A stretch of 64,000 nucleotides of DNA from Octopus vulgaris (GCA_951406725.2 OX597823.1:69068001-69132000), one strand, 5' to 3'. Positions 23,122-36,149 are shown, counted from the stretch's first letter. The notes: generated by a model from the letters alone, not told the origin. Numbers and translations: made by a program.

Positions 23122-23531
23122 GGCATAGGAGTGGCTGTGTGGTAAGTAGCATGCTTACGAACCACGTGGTTCTGGGTTCAGTCCCACTGCGTGGCACCAT
23201 GGGCAAGTGTCTTCTACTGTAGCCTCAGGCTGACCAATGCCTTGTGAGTGGATTTGGTGGATAGAAACTGAAAGAAGCCTGTCACATATATGTTTATGTA
23301 TATGTATGTGTGTGTATATGTTTGTGTGTCTGTGTTTGTCTCCCCAACACTGCTTGACAACCGATGCTGGTGTGTTTACGTGCTTGTAACTTAGCGGTTT
23401 TTGGAAAAGAGACCGATAGAATAAGTACTTGGCTTACAAAGAATAAGTCCTGGAGTTGATTTGCTCGACTAAAGGCAGTGCTCCAGCATGGCTACAGTCA
23501 AATGACTGAAACAAGTAAAAGAGTAAAAGAG
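23122..23531 (+). mobile_element. Family A tRNA-derived CORE-like SINE, full length
   Basis: A box TGGCTGTGTGG, B box GGTTCAGTCCC, CORE-like ccatgggcaagtgtctt, internal TA/TG microsatellite and (GTAAAAGA)n tail. More than 10 copies occur in the window. Confidence 0.92.
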
Positions 23532-23649
23532 TATATAATGCAAAAGAAAGACAAAGAAAAAAGAAAAAGAAAGGGAAGAAAGAAAAGAAAGAAAAACCAT
23601 CAATGCAGCTCCAAGTGCGTCAATTGGTCGCAGAAGACAAGATTCTACA

Positions 23650-23800
23650 GAACCTACTGAAGCAAACTAGTATGCTCTCAACATTATCACCAGTGATAGT
23701 GAAACTAAGGCATTGGAAAAACCAAGCACTCTCATAGGCATCACCTAACACCTTGGTGAGGTGAGCTGCTAGGTTGGAATTTTGGTAAACCTGGCATTGA
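23650..23800 (-). pseudogene. CRE-like non-LTR retrotransposon C-terminus (restriction-like endonuclease end)
   Basis: LAAHLTKVLGDAYESAWFFQCLSFTITGDNVESIL resembles the GD..E..W..QRLS.A..RGNA.SIL terminus. Confidence 0.55.
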
Positions 23801-24405
23801 CAATTTACATGAAGCCACTTAGCATTGCCATAGTTAAAGAGTGCTTTCAAAAGATATCTTCATAAAAACTAAAGTAAGAAATAAGATGGGATTGAATCTA
23901 CTTTAAGACTAAAGTGGAAATTTTGGGGGGAAAGATTATAATTTTACATTGGAATTCTTCATATCGTTGAAATTTTAATTTTTAAAGGAATCAATCTTAT
24001 TAATTATCACATTAGTAGATAAGAACCAGTCAGCAAGCAACAATTATACATGCATGTATTCACACACACACAGAATATTTATTTACAACTGTTTTTGAGA
24101 ATTTTATGCAACGTTTTAGGGAAAATAATTATACACTGAATACTGCAAAAATTCTCTCCAGATGATGAAATCAAGGAGATCTTGACATGTTAATGGATTA
24201 ATGGATTTAAGAATATTAGTATTCCAAGCTAAATATAAATAACTAAATATATATGGAAATTTCTTGCTTAAAAAGTTTAAACTCAAACACAGTTATAGCT
24301 TTAATACATACATGTCTAAAAGAAAAGCAGTTTCCTACATGAACATACATGAACATACACACACATACATATGGATATTTGTGTGTGTGTGTGTGTGTGT
24401 GTGTG

Positions 24406-24565
24406 TTAGTCGAGCAAATCGACCCCAGGACTTATTCTTTGTAAGCCTATTACTTCTTGTATCAGTCTCTATTGCCAATCCGCTAAGTTACGGGGATGTA
24501 AACACACCAGCATCAGTTGTCAAGCGATATTGGGGGGGGGACAAACACAGACACACAAACACATG

Positions 24566-24631
<66 letters not shown>

Positions 24632-24790
24632 TACAACTGGCTTCTTTCAGTTTCCATCTATCAAATCCACTCACAAGGCTTTGGCCAGCCTGAGGCTATA
24701 GTAGAAGACACTTGCCCAAGGTGCCATGCAGTGGGACTGAACCTGGAACCATGTGGTTCGTAAGCATGCTACTTACCACACAGCCACTCA
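24406..24790 (-). mobile_element. Family A SINE
   Basis: Inverted relative to 23122-23531 and shares the diagnostic head variant agcatgcttacgaacc. Confidence 0.9.
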
Positions 24791-24829
24791 CATCATGGTG
24801 ATGAAAGAACCCAGAGTTAGATCACTGAA

Positions 24830-25018
24830 CTATCAAGAAAAATTCCAGTGGACTTTTTAACTAAACCAAGACCTATACCAGTTCTGCAGGAAGGCGAGAG
24901 AAGATATCTCGATAGGCTACTTGAAGAGACTTAAGGAATGTTGGGATAAGAAATACCAAACATTCTCAAATTTTTCAGCAAAACAATTATGCCAGCAAGC
25001 TCCATTTGTTGAAAAGAA
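24830..25018 (+). pseudogene. R4/Dong-like retrotransposon N-terminal fragment
   Basis: FQWTF*LNQDLYQFCRKAREDISIGYLKRLKECWDKKY...KQLCQQAPFVEKK fits the W....N..L......GY..R....W...Q.L..Q pattern of R4 ORF N-termini. Confidence 0.6.
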
Positions 25019-26480
25019 ATATATATATGTATATATATGCCTCTGTGTGTGTGAGGTATGTATGTTTGTATGTATGTATGTATGTATGTATGTATGTATG
25101 TATGTATGTATGTATGTATGTATGTATGTATGTATGTGTGTGTGTGAGTGTGTGAGTGTGTGAGTGTGTGAGTGTGTGTGTGTGTGTGTGTGTGAGAGCA
25201 TGTGTGTGTGTGCAGACATACATCCTACCTGAAAATGCCTGAGAAAATAACAGTATTTACTAACATCTATATTTTCTTTTGTTTCAGTAACATTTGTAAT
25301 GATTCAAGATATTGAATGTCTATTTTACATTTAGTCTTCTTAAGAGGTAGCCATTTCCAAATGCATGCTGGGATAATGATACACAGCAAAATTTTCACAT
25401 AGGAGACATAACATAATTAATTTACTTTACATTGGAGCATGAAGATAGTTCTGTAGCACTAGCTACAATTCATATATGATAAGAAATAATCTCTGTATTT
25501 TCTGCCGTGATTTGATTTCTCCTATTGGTGAAATCTATTAATATATGATATATATGAATTTTTTGAATACTCAGATTATATGTGTATATTCTTTATATTG
25601 TTTCATACATACATATATACATTCATACATAAATAGATTCATATGTAATACATACATATATGCACACATACAAACATACATACATACATATATATATATA
25701 TATACATACATGCATACATACATACATACACACATACATACACGCATATGCATAGATGCACACACAGACTTCTACACACATTGATACACCACTACACATA
25801 AATGCTTACACACACACTTATACACACACACACACACTGACATATGCTGGCAGGTACACACGGACAGGCAATTTGACACATGCAGACACAGACATGAACA
25901 GACACATAAAAAGAACAAACACAGACACACACAAATGCACACAGACAAACACACACATACAGACGTACAAACACAAATAGAGTTATTCAAACATAAAAGG
26001 ATACACAAATATGTACACACCCCTCCAACACATCCACCCATGCCTTAGTTGTTTTTGTACTGATGAAGTTTTACATAATTTTCCTTTTATTTTAATTTTT
26101 TTTTTTTTTCTGTCATTTCATATTACAAACAATTTTCTTTAGTGAAATTATGACTTTTTTTTTTACATTTTTCATGTTTATTTTTATTGATTTGAAATGT
26201 AGTTGATTGGGTTTCTGGAACCAGATGGAACATCGATTACATTTTTCTTTTCCTTTGATGACTATTATAATTTACAACAACAACAACAACAATGCAAGAA
26301 ATAAATAAAAGCATTGAAATAAGTTGAAAAATAACAAAGGTTGTTGAAAGAGGATACAAATTTGATGACTTCCATATAGAAAGATGATAAAACATTATAT
26401 CACAAATTGTTAAAAGAAATCAATTTTCCTTCCAAATATGTGTATATCCATTCAGTGCAACCCCTCTTGAGAGTCCTTAA

Positions 26481-27141
26481 CCCTTTAGCATTTAAACTGG
26501 CTATATCCAGCCAAAATATTCTGTTTTATGTTCAAACTAGCCTGATCTGGTATCTCAGTGGAGTGCTAACAGCTCCATCTGAGCGGGATTAGTGCCAGAG
26601 CAGCTGACTGGCTTCCATGCTGGTGGCACGTAAAAAGCACCGTTTGAGTGTGATCGTTACCAGCGTCACCTTACTGGCACTTGTGCCGGTGGCACATGAA
26701 CAAAACATTCGAGCGAGGTCATTGCCAGTGTCTCTAGACTGACTCCTGTGCAGGTGGCACATAAAAAACACCATTTTGAGCGTGGCTGTTGCCAGTACCA
26801 CCAGACTGGCCCTCGTGCTGGTGTTATGTAAAAGCACCCACTACACTCTCGGAGTGTTTGGCGTTAGGAAGGGCATCCAGCTGTAGAAACTCTGCCAGAT
26901 CAGATTGGAACCTGGCACAGCCGTCTGGTTCACCAGTCCTCAGTCAAATCGTCCAACCCATGCTAGCATGGAAAGTGGACGTTAAATAATGATGATGATG
27001 ATGATGATCATACAATATCATTCTAGAAATAATCAATGACATCATTAAAATCTTGAAGCTACAAAATAATGCTTGATTAATTCAGAAACAATGTGAATAA
27101 ATAGGCATTATATTTGAAGGAGCAGTCTGAATGCTAAAGGG
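26481..27141. mobile_element. TTAA-flanked (piggyBac-type) MITE with nested family B copy
   Basis: TTAA-CCCTTTAGCATT ... AATGCTAAAGGG-TTAA. Confidence 0.88.
26575..27008 (+). mobile_element. RTE-LINE 3' UTR (family B) nested in the MITE
   Basis: About four tandem units, conserved terminus and (GAT)n. Confidence 0.88.
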
Positions 27142-27659
27142 TTAAAATGTCATTTTCAAGAAGGAAAAAAATCATAGTCAAACTAAAGCAGGGTTCAAGA
27201 AAATTGGGGAAGAGCAAAAAAGAAAAGAGAAATAAAGAAATAAAGCTATGGAGTCTAGTGACTCATCATGTTGTTTGTGAATTTGTGCTAAATAGCAGGG
27301 CATTATAATGGAGCTGTACTGTATTTTTAGAACAGAGCAAATACTTGCATAGAATTACTAAATACCAGCAGAAATCCAATAAATGCACAAGCAATAACAA
27401 TATGTTTGTAATATATCCTGTAGATAAAAATCTGCTGCTGAATGGTGAAATTCTTCATTCTGTAATGCAAACAGTAGGATATGAGAAAACTCAGTGATTG
27501 TCAGTGTTGTCAATTAGTAAGTAAAAACAGTTTGCTGGAGAGTAAAAAATATAACGGAGCTCTATCAGTTTTAACAATGACTATTCCTTTGTTTGATTTA
27601 CTGGACCTTCTACTTGTTCTCATTAGATTAACTAGTTAATATGCAAGTCTTGTCTTTTA

Positions 27660-27890
27660 TTTATTTAAGTCATTGGACTGTGTCTGTGCTGAGGCACTGT
27701 CTTAAACGGTTCTAGTTGAGTAAATCAATCCAAGTATTTAAATTTTTAAAGTCTGTTATTTATTCTATTGGACCCTAGTACTAATTTTATAAGTCTCTTT
27801 TGCTGAACTGCTAATGTTACGCGGATGCAATCACACCAACACCAGTTGTCAAGCAGTGCTGGGGGACGAACTCAGTCACAAAGACACACA
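27660..27890 (-). mobile_element. Family A SINE 3' half, diverged
   Basis: agtcattggactgtg...tctcttttgctgaactgctaa...ccagttgtcaagc. Confidence 0.7.
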
Positions 27891-28287
27891 TAGATAACTG
27901 TTATTTTCAATACTTTTCTCACTGGATTAAGTGTTTGTCCCTCTTTTTGTCTTCTGCAATTTTATTTGGATCTTCTATATATATGAAAAATTTTCCTCCA
28001 TCTGGCTGTTTTTCTCTCTACAAAACGGAAAGTTGCATTATGGAACAGTCATTTTAACGAGATTTTTTATCTATTTATCATCCGACAAGATACGTCTGCA
28101 CTACCAGAAACTCCTGAACCAGTTTTTGTGTGTCCAACAAGAGGAGTCGATGCTAGATGTGTTGAAACAATTGTGATTAATATATTCTCATATATTCCAT
28201 CTTCTGTCTTTCATTTGTTTTATATATACATACATGCATACAAAGATATACATACATATATATACATATGTATATACATATATATAT

Positions 28288-29210
28288 ATCATCATCATCA
28301 TCATCATCATTTAACGTCCGCTCTCCATGCTAGCATGGGTTGGACGGTTCAACTGGGGTCTGGGGAGCCCGAAAGCTGCACCAGTCCAGTCAGATCTGGC
28401 AGTGTTTCTACAGCTGGATGCCCTTCCTAACGCCAACCACTCCGAGAGTGTAGTGGGTGATTTTATGTGCCACCGACACAGGTGCCAGACGAGGCTGGCA
28501 AACGGCCACGCTCGGATGGTGTTTTTTATGTGCCACCGACACAGGTGCCAGACGAGGCTGGCAGACGGCCACGCTCGGATGGTGTTTTTATGTGCCACCG
28601 ACACAGGTGCCAGATGAGGCTGGCAAACGGCCACGATCGGATGGTGTTTGTTACGTGCCCACAGCACGGAGGCCAGTCGATGCGGTACTGGCTACGGCCA
28701 CGTTCGGATGGTTTTCTTGTGTGCCACGTGCCACCGGCACTGGTACCACAAAAATAAAAATTCCATTGATGTTCATCTATTTTGATTTGTTTTGATTTTC
28801 ACTTGCCTCAACAGGTCTTCACAAGTGTCACAAGAAGGAGGGTATGCACAGGTGGACTGACTACGTCCCAGGTAGGGGCCACAGGTTATGGCCTGACTAG
28901 TCTTGCCGGGTCTTCGGATGGTGTTTTTATGTGCCACCGACACAGGTGCCAGATGAGGCTGGCGAATGGCCACGATCGGATGGTGTTTGTTACGTGCCCA
29001 CAGCATGGAGGCCAGTCAGTGCGGTACTGGCTACGGCCACGTTCGGATGGTTTTCTTGTGTGCCACCGGCACTGGTACCACAAAGATACAATTCCATTAA
29101 TGTTCATCTATTTTGATTTGTTTTGATTTGATTTGATTTGATTTGTTTTGATTTCATTTTGATTTTCACTTGCCTCAACAGGCCTTCACAAGTATCACAA
29201 GGAGGAAAGG
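28288..29210 (-). mobile_element. RTE-LINE 3' UTR (family B) with internal duplication
   Basis: (ATC)n tail, terminus, tandem units and a UTR start homologous to 42238-42370. The segment about 28575-28840 is repeated at 28915-29200. Confidence 0.9.
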
Positions 29211-29329
29211 AGGACATATATGTTTTTTCCTCTAAGTTTCAGTCCAAGGACTACTGTTTACTTTGCAACACTTTCACTAAATCTTCTCTGATATGTGACA
29301 TTTGGTGGATGAAAGAGTTTGACATTGCT

Positions 29330-29650
29330 GCCCTCATCTGTGTTTCTTGCCTAGAAGTAGGTTCATCCCAAACTCTTGACAGAAGGAGATCTAGTTTTGT
29401 TTTGAAAAAAGCCTACATCCACACCATGCAAGTCTCTCAGGCTTGGTGAGAGGACATTGAAGAGCTGTGGGCCTTTGAAGCCCAAACTGTTACAGTATCT
29501 GGTCTTGTATCCTGATGGCAATGTTGGGACCTTTGATACCATGCAGGAGCGCCCCATCCTGCTGTTTGTTTTAGTGACAATGACAAAGTTTGGAATAAGT
29601 TTTTCTAGGTTTTTCCAGATATATATTACTGCATATCTTTCTCACCTTCG
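29330..29650 (-). pseudogene. L2/CR1-group LINE ORF2 C-terminal relic
   Basis: YAVIYIWKNLEKLIPNF...RMGRSC...NSLGFKGPQLFNVLSPSLRDL matches the thumb-end motif of invertebrate CR1-group LINEs. Confidence 0.7.
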
Positions 29651-29654
29651 CTCT

Positions 29655-29805
29655 GGGTTTCTTTCAGTTTCTGTCTTCCAAATCCATTCACAAGTCTTTG
29701 GTTGGCCCAAGGCTATAGTAGAAGACACTTGCTCAAGATGCCATGCGATGGGACTGAAACTGGAACCATGTGAGTGGGAAGCAAGCTTCTTACCACACAG
29801 CCATA
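29655..29805 (-). mobile_element. Family A SINE 5' half
   Basis: ggctatagtagaagacacttgctcaag...gggactgaa...taccacacagcca. Confidence 0.82.
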
Positions 29806-30324
29806 TCAGTGTCCAACTTTTTCTATCATGTTGCCCAGTTACCTGAAATTATTTATTTGTAGCATGCCACTGACATTTTCTAAGTTATCCTATATCATTG
29901 CTTAATGTTGCTTTTACTCTCATCTTACAGGCAGTTTTTAATGGCAAAGATATTGATTCCTGTCTAATTGCCATGGTTTGAGAATTGCTCATCCAGCAAA
30001 CAATTTAGTTACAGGCATGGTAACTGAAGAATCAAAATTTAATATAAATATAAATGCTAAAGAGAACTTAATTTCGTTAAGCTGATCTTTTCCTCATTTT
30101 TGCAGAGTTAAATCTTCCACCTTGTATATCATTAAAGTCTGCTTAATATCATCATCATCAACATCATCTCCTCCTCCTACTCATCATCATCATCACTACC
30201 ACTATTATTGCTACTGTTATGACCACCAACACCACCATCATTATCAACATTCCCAACTGTCATCAACACCACCATTATCATCATCATCATCATCATTCTG
30301 ATTATTATTATTATTATTATTTTC

Positions 30325-30357
<33 letters not shown>

Positions 30358-30943
30358 TAGTGAGACAGCAACACATGCCATCAAAATGACACTGAGGTAC
30401 AAATATATGAAGCCCAGTATACCTATCATAGCTACCCATCTGATAAGGGTACAGCAGGCACATATGTTTGTGACATGGTGACTTCATATCAAGGTAAACA
30501 GCACATGACCTTGCAGGTGGGGGCCCAGTTAGAATTTTCTTCAGATTGGGTAGCCCATCCCACTCAAAAGGTCCCTGAATAAGTGTTGTTTAAGGATGTT
30601 GAAAAAACACCCGTGTTTTCAGAGGTGAATTATTCTGACCCTCCAAAATTCCTCTCCAATATATGGCTATGATGCTCCCTCACTACTCCTACTCATGATG
30701 CACCAAGAGACATGTTCAACTGGTTAAGGTCAAGCAAATGACAAGCAAATCTGTGGTATTGAGCAGAATATTTGCTGTAGCTCAACTTTTATACCATGAG
30801 AAAACATGTATATGATAACACTTCCAATCAGTTACAATCAGAAGGCAGAGAGCCAGTGCCCTGTATTAAATCATATTATTATCATTGTCATTATCATTAT
30901 TATTATCCTTATTATTATTATTATCATTATTATTACTATTATT

Positions 30944-31155
30944 AAGGCAGCAGGCTGGTAGAGTCGTTAGCACTCCAGGTGAAACGCTTAGCACCATTTC
31001 ATCCATCTTCAGGTTCCGAGTTCAAATTCTGTTAAGGTCGACTTTGCCCTTCATCCTTTCAGGGTCGATAAAATAAGTAGCAGTTAAACACTGAGTTGAT
31101 GTAATCAACTTACTCATCCCCTGAAATTGCCGGCCTTGTGCTAAAATTTGAAATC
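30944..31155 (+). mobile_element. Family D SINE in (ATT)n
   Basis: ggtcgactttgcccttcatcctttcagggtcgataaaataagta central block. Confidence 0.85.
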
Positions 31156-31161
31156 ATCATT

Positions 31162-31193
<32 letters not shown>

Positions 31194-33185
31194 AGGGGTG
31201 ATTTAATCCTCTAACACCTTCGCTCAAATTTCTAGCCTTGTGTCTATGCAAATAACATTTATTATTATCATAATCAACATCAACTCTTCTACTATTTCTA
31301 AAAGCACTCAACCTTCAAACAACCTCAAATTTGATTACATACCAGAAAATACTTTTTACAAAACTATATTTGATTTTATGGAAACCTATGCAGTAGTGTT
31401 GATAATGATTATCTTAAATCTACATCCCCTGTTTTCATGTGTAGAAAATGAATGAATTCTAAACTTTTGTCATGTGTATATATAAGCAAAGTACTAAAAT
31501 AGCTGTATTAAAATTTATTTTCTCTTCAATATTCCTTGCAGTCCTTTTAATTTTACATTATTCATAACAGAATTTTTATTTACAACATTTATATTTATTA
31601 TTCACAGACAGATTTGTCACTAATGTGGACTGGAATTTGTTAAAGGAAAAGAATAGAAAAGTTGGAAAGAAACAAGGAGAGAAAGCTTTCATTTGAAAGT
31701 CTTCATTGATATTTCAATGTTTCCTTAAGCAAATATTCTTTGACTCAAGCAGTCAAGGTGAATATTTGTGTCACATATTCACTTCTTTAATGGAATAGTT
31801 GGGGTCTAAAGGTCATACATACTCTAGTAATTCAGCCAAATATTCAGAATTTTAAAACCAGTCACCTCTCTTCAACATAAAATGAAAATGAAATTTCGAA
31901 TATGGAACTAGGAATGAATAAAAATAACTTACAAAAATAAGATTAATTATTTGAAATATTATTAAAAAATGAAAACGAGATTTTATAATAATTATGTTCA
32001 TGAATATAAGACTAGACTTTATTTTATCAACCATCCAATATGAATGAACAGCAAGGGAAAGAAGACACTAGTGGAATTTAAACTGAATTTAACAAAGTCA
32101 TATAAAGCATTTTGTCCACTGCTGTACTGATTCCCCAATTCATATACTTTTAATGAGGTACAAATAAGCACTTATTTTATTATAAGTCAGTATTAACAAT
32201 AATTGTAATAATTATTAACATAGGATCAAAACTGTGCATTTTGAGTGAAAATTGATCTAAAAAAAAAGCTGTGGAATTCAAACTTTAAAAGGCAAAGAGA
32301 AGCAATTAAATACCGTAAGGTATATTTGTCTAACATTCCGCTGATTCGACCAAACAAAGAACAGGGAGCAAAATACCCAGCTGAATAAGAACAAAGTACG
32401 GGACATTACTGCATCAAATATAGCTATTAACATTGTTAAAATAACACTGAAGCAAACCAAAATTAGCTGGAAAAACTTTTAAGGAAATTAATGTTAATGA
32501 TGTATCAATGTATTATTTTAAATGTCATTAGTCTATGCTTAATTTGAAAATTAGGCTTTATTAATGTCTACACTAAATACTAGTTGGAAATCAGGCACCA
32601 TTGCATTAATGGAGCTCAAGTTAAATCAAAACAGACAACTGGGCTGTAAACAAAGAAAGAAAACTGTTTCAAATGAAAGTAATGTAATTCTACTAAAAAT
32701 TAAAAGCAGTATGAATATGTAAAAATTGATACATAATATGTGTGAAATATGGGGTGTGTAAAAATACACATTACTAGAAATGGATAAACTGGTAATCTAT
32801 AAAAATAATTGCAATCTAAATGAAGGGGCGGACTTCATTCCACAAATATCTCAGATGGAATAGAAAGACATAAAAAGAAATGCCTCCAGAATTCATATCT
32901 TACAGTTATACTTTAACTTTAAAAGAGATTTCTGCATTTCTGCAAAATATACTTAAAATAACTGAAGAAGAAACAACCCTGATATAAAAATAACTTTGGA
33001 TCCCAATGTAAGAAGATAGATTATCAAGATTGAACACAACATCAGAAAGAGAACACTTGAAAAAAATATATAGGAACGATACAAACAGCAAACAGACAAA
33101 TATCAGTAAAAATACAAATATTAAATAAAGAATTAAAACTAGAGATATTGATTTCTTAGATAAGTACAAGGACAGACATTTTTAG

Positions 33186-33308
33186 GATAAAAGGCAAAGT
33201 CGACCTTGGCAGAATTTGAAGAAATTTTAAATGAGAACATGAAGAAGGTTGAAATGCCACTTAGCATTTCACCTGGCTTGCTAATGATTCAGCCAGCTCA
33301 CCACCTCA
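33186..33308 (-). mobile_element. Family D SINE 5' half
   Basis: ggataaaaggcaaagtcgaccttggcagaatttgaa...gccagctcaccacct. Confidence 0.78.
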
Positions 33309-33343
33309 CCAAATCATAAACTATTGACAATAAATGGCAATAA

Positions 33344-33765
33344 AAGGTGGCTAGCTGGCAGAAACGTTAGCATGCCAGGCAAAATGCATAGCCGTATTTC
33401 GTCTGTCGTTATGTTCTGAGTTCAAATTCCGCCGAGGTCAACTTTGCCTTTCATCCTTTCGGGGTCGTTAAATGAAGTACCAGTTATGCACTGGGGTCGA
33501 TATAATCGACTTAATATGTTTGTCTGTCCTTGTTTGTCCTCTCTGTGTTTAGCCCCTTGTGGGTAGTAATCAAATAGGTATTTCGTCTGCCATTACATTC
33601 TGCATTCAAATTCTGCCAAGGTCGACTTTGCCTATCATCCATTTAGGATCAATTAAATAAGTACCAGTTATGCACTGGGTCGATGTAATCAACTTAATTC
33701 CTTTGTCTGTCCTAGTTTGTCCCCTCTACATTTAGCCTCCTGTGAGCAATAAATAAATAAATAAA
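33344..33765 (+). mobile_element. Family D SINE with duplicated body
   Basis: One head followed by two consecutive bodies, each starting gtatttcgtctg (about 33395 and 33578). Confidence 0.88.
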
Positions 33766-34749
33766 TGGCAACAAACAAATATTGGAAACACATAAGAATA
33801 TAAATATAACTGAGAAATCAATTAGTCTATACAGAAGTAACAGAAGTAGTCGATACTCCATCATAATATCTTACATAGAAACATTTAAATCAAAACAAAC
33901 AATATGGAAGCAACTAGTCTATTTGGAAGGTCACTCTGCAGTAGCTTAATATATTAAAAACTGTAGCAACATGTCCTTCTAGTCACACTGTAACATCTTG
34001 AAGGAGGATGGTTGCTTTGGATAATGCTGTTTTTGTCACACTAAGTCCAAGAAACACAAAATAGTTATGGTTTGGAGCACCTTTAATCATAAGTTTGCTT
34101 TGATCAGAGTGACTTATGGTTAAGCAATATAAAGATAAATTTTTGGAAAACAAGATGTAGAGAAAGATAGAAAATAAAAAAAAATTTTTAACTTTTAAAC
34201 AAATTAGATGAAAAAAAAAATGAAAATTTAAGAGAGACAAAAAAAACTACAGATATGTAATGTAGAAAATGAAAGTAGCTGAAATGAAAGAAAGCTAAAA
34301 GCAACACACCTTTGCCAAATTACAAAGAATTCCTTGATATGTAAAACAATACTTTTCTGAATAAATGAAGCACTTTGTCACCAAACCTAAAGGATTTTTG
34401 TTAAGAACTAAGTAAAATCCAAATGGAAACTAATGCAGGATTAACTGCAAGAAAATCTAATTCCTGGGCATATATATAAATGGTCACTGTATTATTACAG
34501 GTGAGAATGTTTAAAAACAAGTTGAAAAGCAAAATAATCCTAAGATATCACAACTCAAGGGGTAACCTAGATATTGCAGAACATGCATAATTAGAAAGTC
34601 ATAGTAAATATCAAAAACCCAAACTTTAAGCTTAAATATCTAATGTCGATTTAAAAAATTCTAAAAATCTGTAAAAGTTAAACATAACTGAATTATTGAC
34701 TAAGCTCAACATCTATCTCACTTCCTGAAATTGTTCAGTTGAAGCTTTC

Positions 34750-35463
34750 AGGCAAGATGACAAAGGACTGAGACAGATGGTACCTGCCCATTCTCAAGAA
34801 GATCTGTAACCCACAACAGACGTGTTAAAACCAGTCCTGCTGTTGGTGTAAAGTATTCGTGGCAATGCCATGTAAAAGAGCCATGGTGGTTGGGTGGTGC
34901 CATGTAAAAGCGTCTGTGTGGTGTCACATTAAAGCACCTGTATGGTGCCTTGTAAAAGTGCCCGTGCTGTTCCACATAACAGTGCCTGTGTGGTGACACA
35001 TAAAAGTGCATGTGCAGTGACATGTAAAAGTACCTGTGTGACACATAAAAGCACGTGTGTGGTGCTACATAAAAGCACTTCTGTGGAATCACATAAAAGT
35101 GCCTATGTGGTGTCACATAAAATGCCCAGGTGGTGCCATGTAGAAGTGCCCAAGTGATGCCACATGAAAGTGCACGTGTGGTGCTATGTAAAGGTGCTTG
35201 TTCAATGCCATGTAAGAGCACTCATGCAGCGTCACATAAATGTGCCCATGTGGTGTCACATAAGAGTGCATGTATGGTGTTATGTGAAAGCACCCAACAC
35301 ACTTTATAAAGTGGTTGGCCTTGCTAAGGGCATCCAGCCATAGAAGCCATGTCAAATCAGACTGGAATCTGGTGCATCTCCCCAGCTTGCCAGCTCTGGT
35401 CAAAGCATCTAACCCATGCCAACATGGATAAAGGACATTGAATGATGATGATGAAAATGATGA
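34750..35463 (+). mobile_element. Diverged family B RTE 3' end with 23-24-bp tandem array
   Basis: About 18 units like tgtggtgtcacataaaagcac (34860-35295), then gtggttggc...aagggcatccagcc...aacccatgccaacatgga and (GAT)n. Confidence 0.85.
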
Positions 35464-35467
35464 TTAA

Positions 35468-35681
35468 CCCTTTCATTACCAGCCCGTCTGACACTGGCTC
35501 TGAATACAAATGTCTTGTTTTTGTAAGTTTTGAATTAAAATCTTCCACCAAACCTTAGTCACAATTTATGTTCCTAACACTAGCCGAATGGTAACTAAGT
35601 TATTTTACTAAATTCTTTGTTATATTTAAAGTAATTGAAAGAAACACAGAGCATCTCAAAATAAATACGGTAACGAAAGGG
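35468..35681. mobile_element. TTAA-flanked MITE
   Basis: TTAA-CCCTTTCATTACC ... GGTAACGAAAGGG-TTAA. Confidence 0.88.
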
Positions 35682-36149
35682 TTAAATCCTCAATTTTACT
35701 GCCTATTGTATACCAATTTTTAACAGCATTATTATAGCAAAGGATAAATGCTAAGCAGGAATAAAAATGGAATTCTGCATGAGCTACTGAAGGAACCTCT
35801 TTACAGTTGCTTCACCTAATAGAAATAATGGTCAGATTGCTTTCTGTTATCTTAAAAAAAAAGAAGAATATATTAGACAAAGTAGTTTGAGATATATGAA
35901 AAGACAGTAGCTATTGTTGGCATTCTTTTATTGTAATTCTACTCAATCAGAGATAAAATCTTTAATAGAATATTTCTATTAGAATAAATATGCTATTAAG
36001 AAGTGCTTCAGAGGTTCATAAGAATGACATTGCATTGATATTTAAAGCTAAGTTAAATCTTAAAAATTAAGGAAATAGCTATCTGCATTCTAGTTAATAA
36101 ATAACAAAACCATAACTTGAGATTGAGAATGAGAAAGAAAGTCAGAAAA

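Noticed and set aside
23122-23200. tRNA genes
   Set aside because: A and B boxes are present but there is no cloverleaf. These are SINE heads continuing into repeat bodies.
25229-25238. 10-nt minus-strand microexon (ttttctcAG|GCATTTTCAG|GTagga)
   Set aside because: Frame-shifting length and no supporting evidence; such motifs arise by chance.
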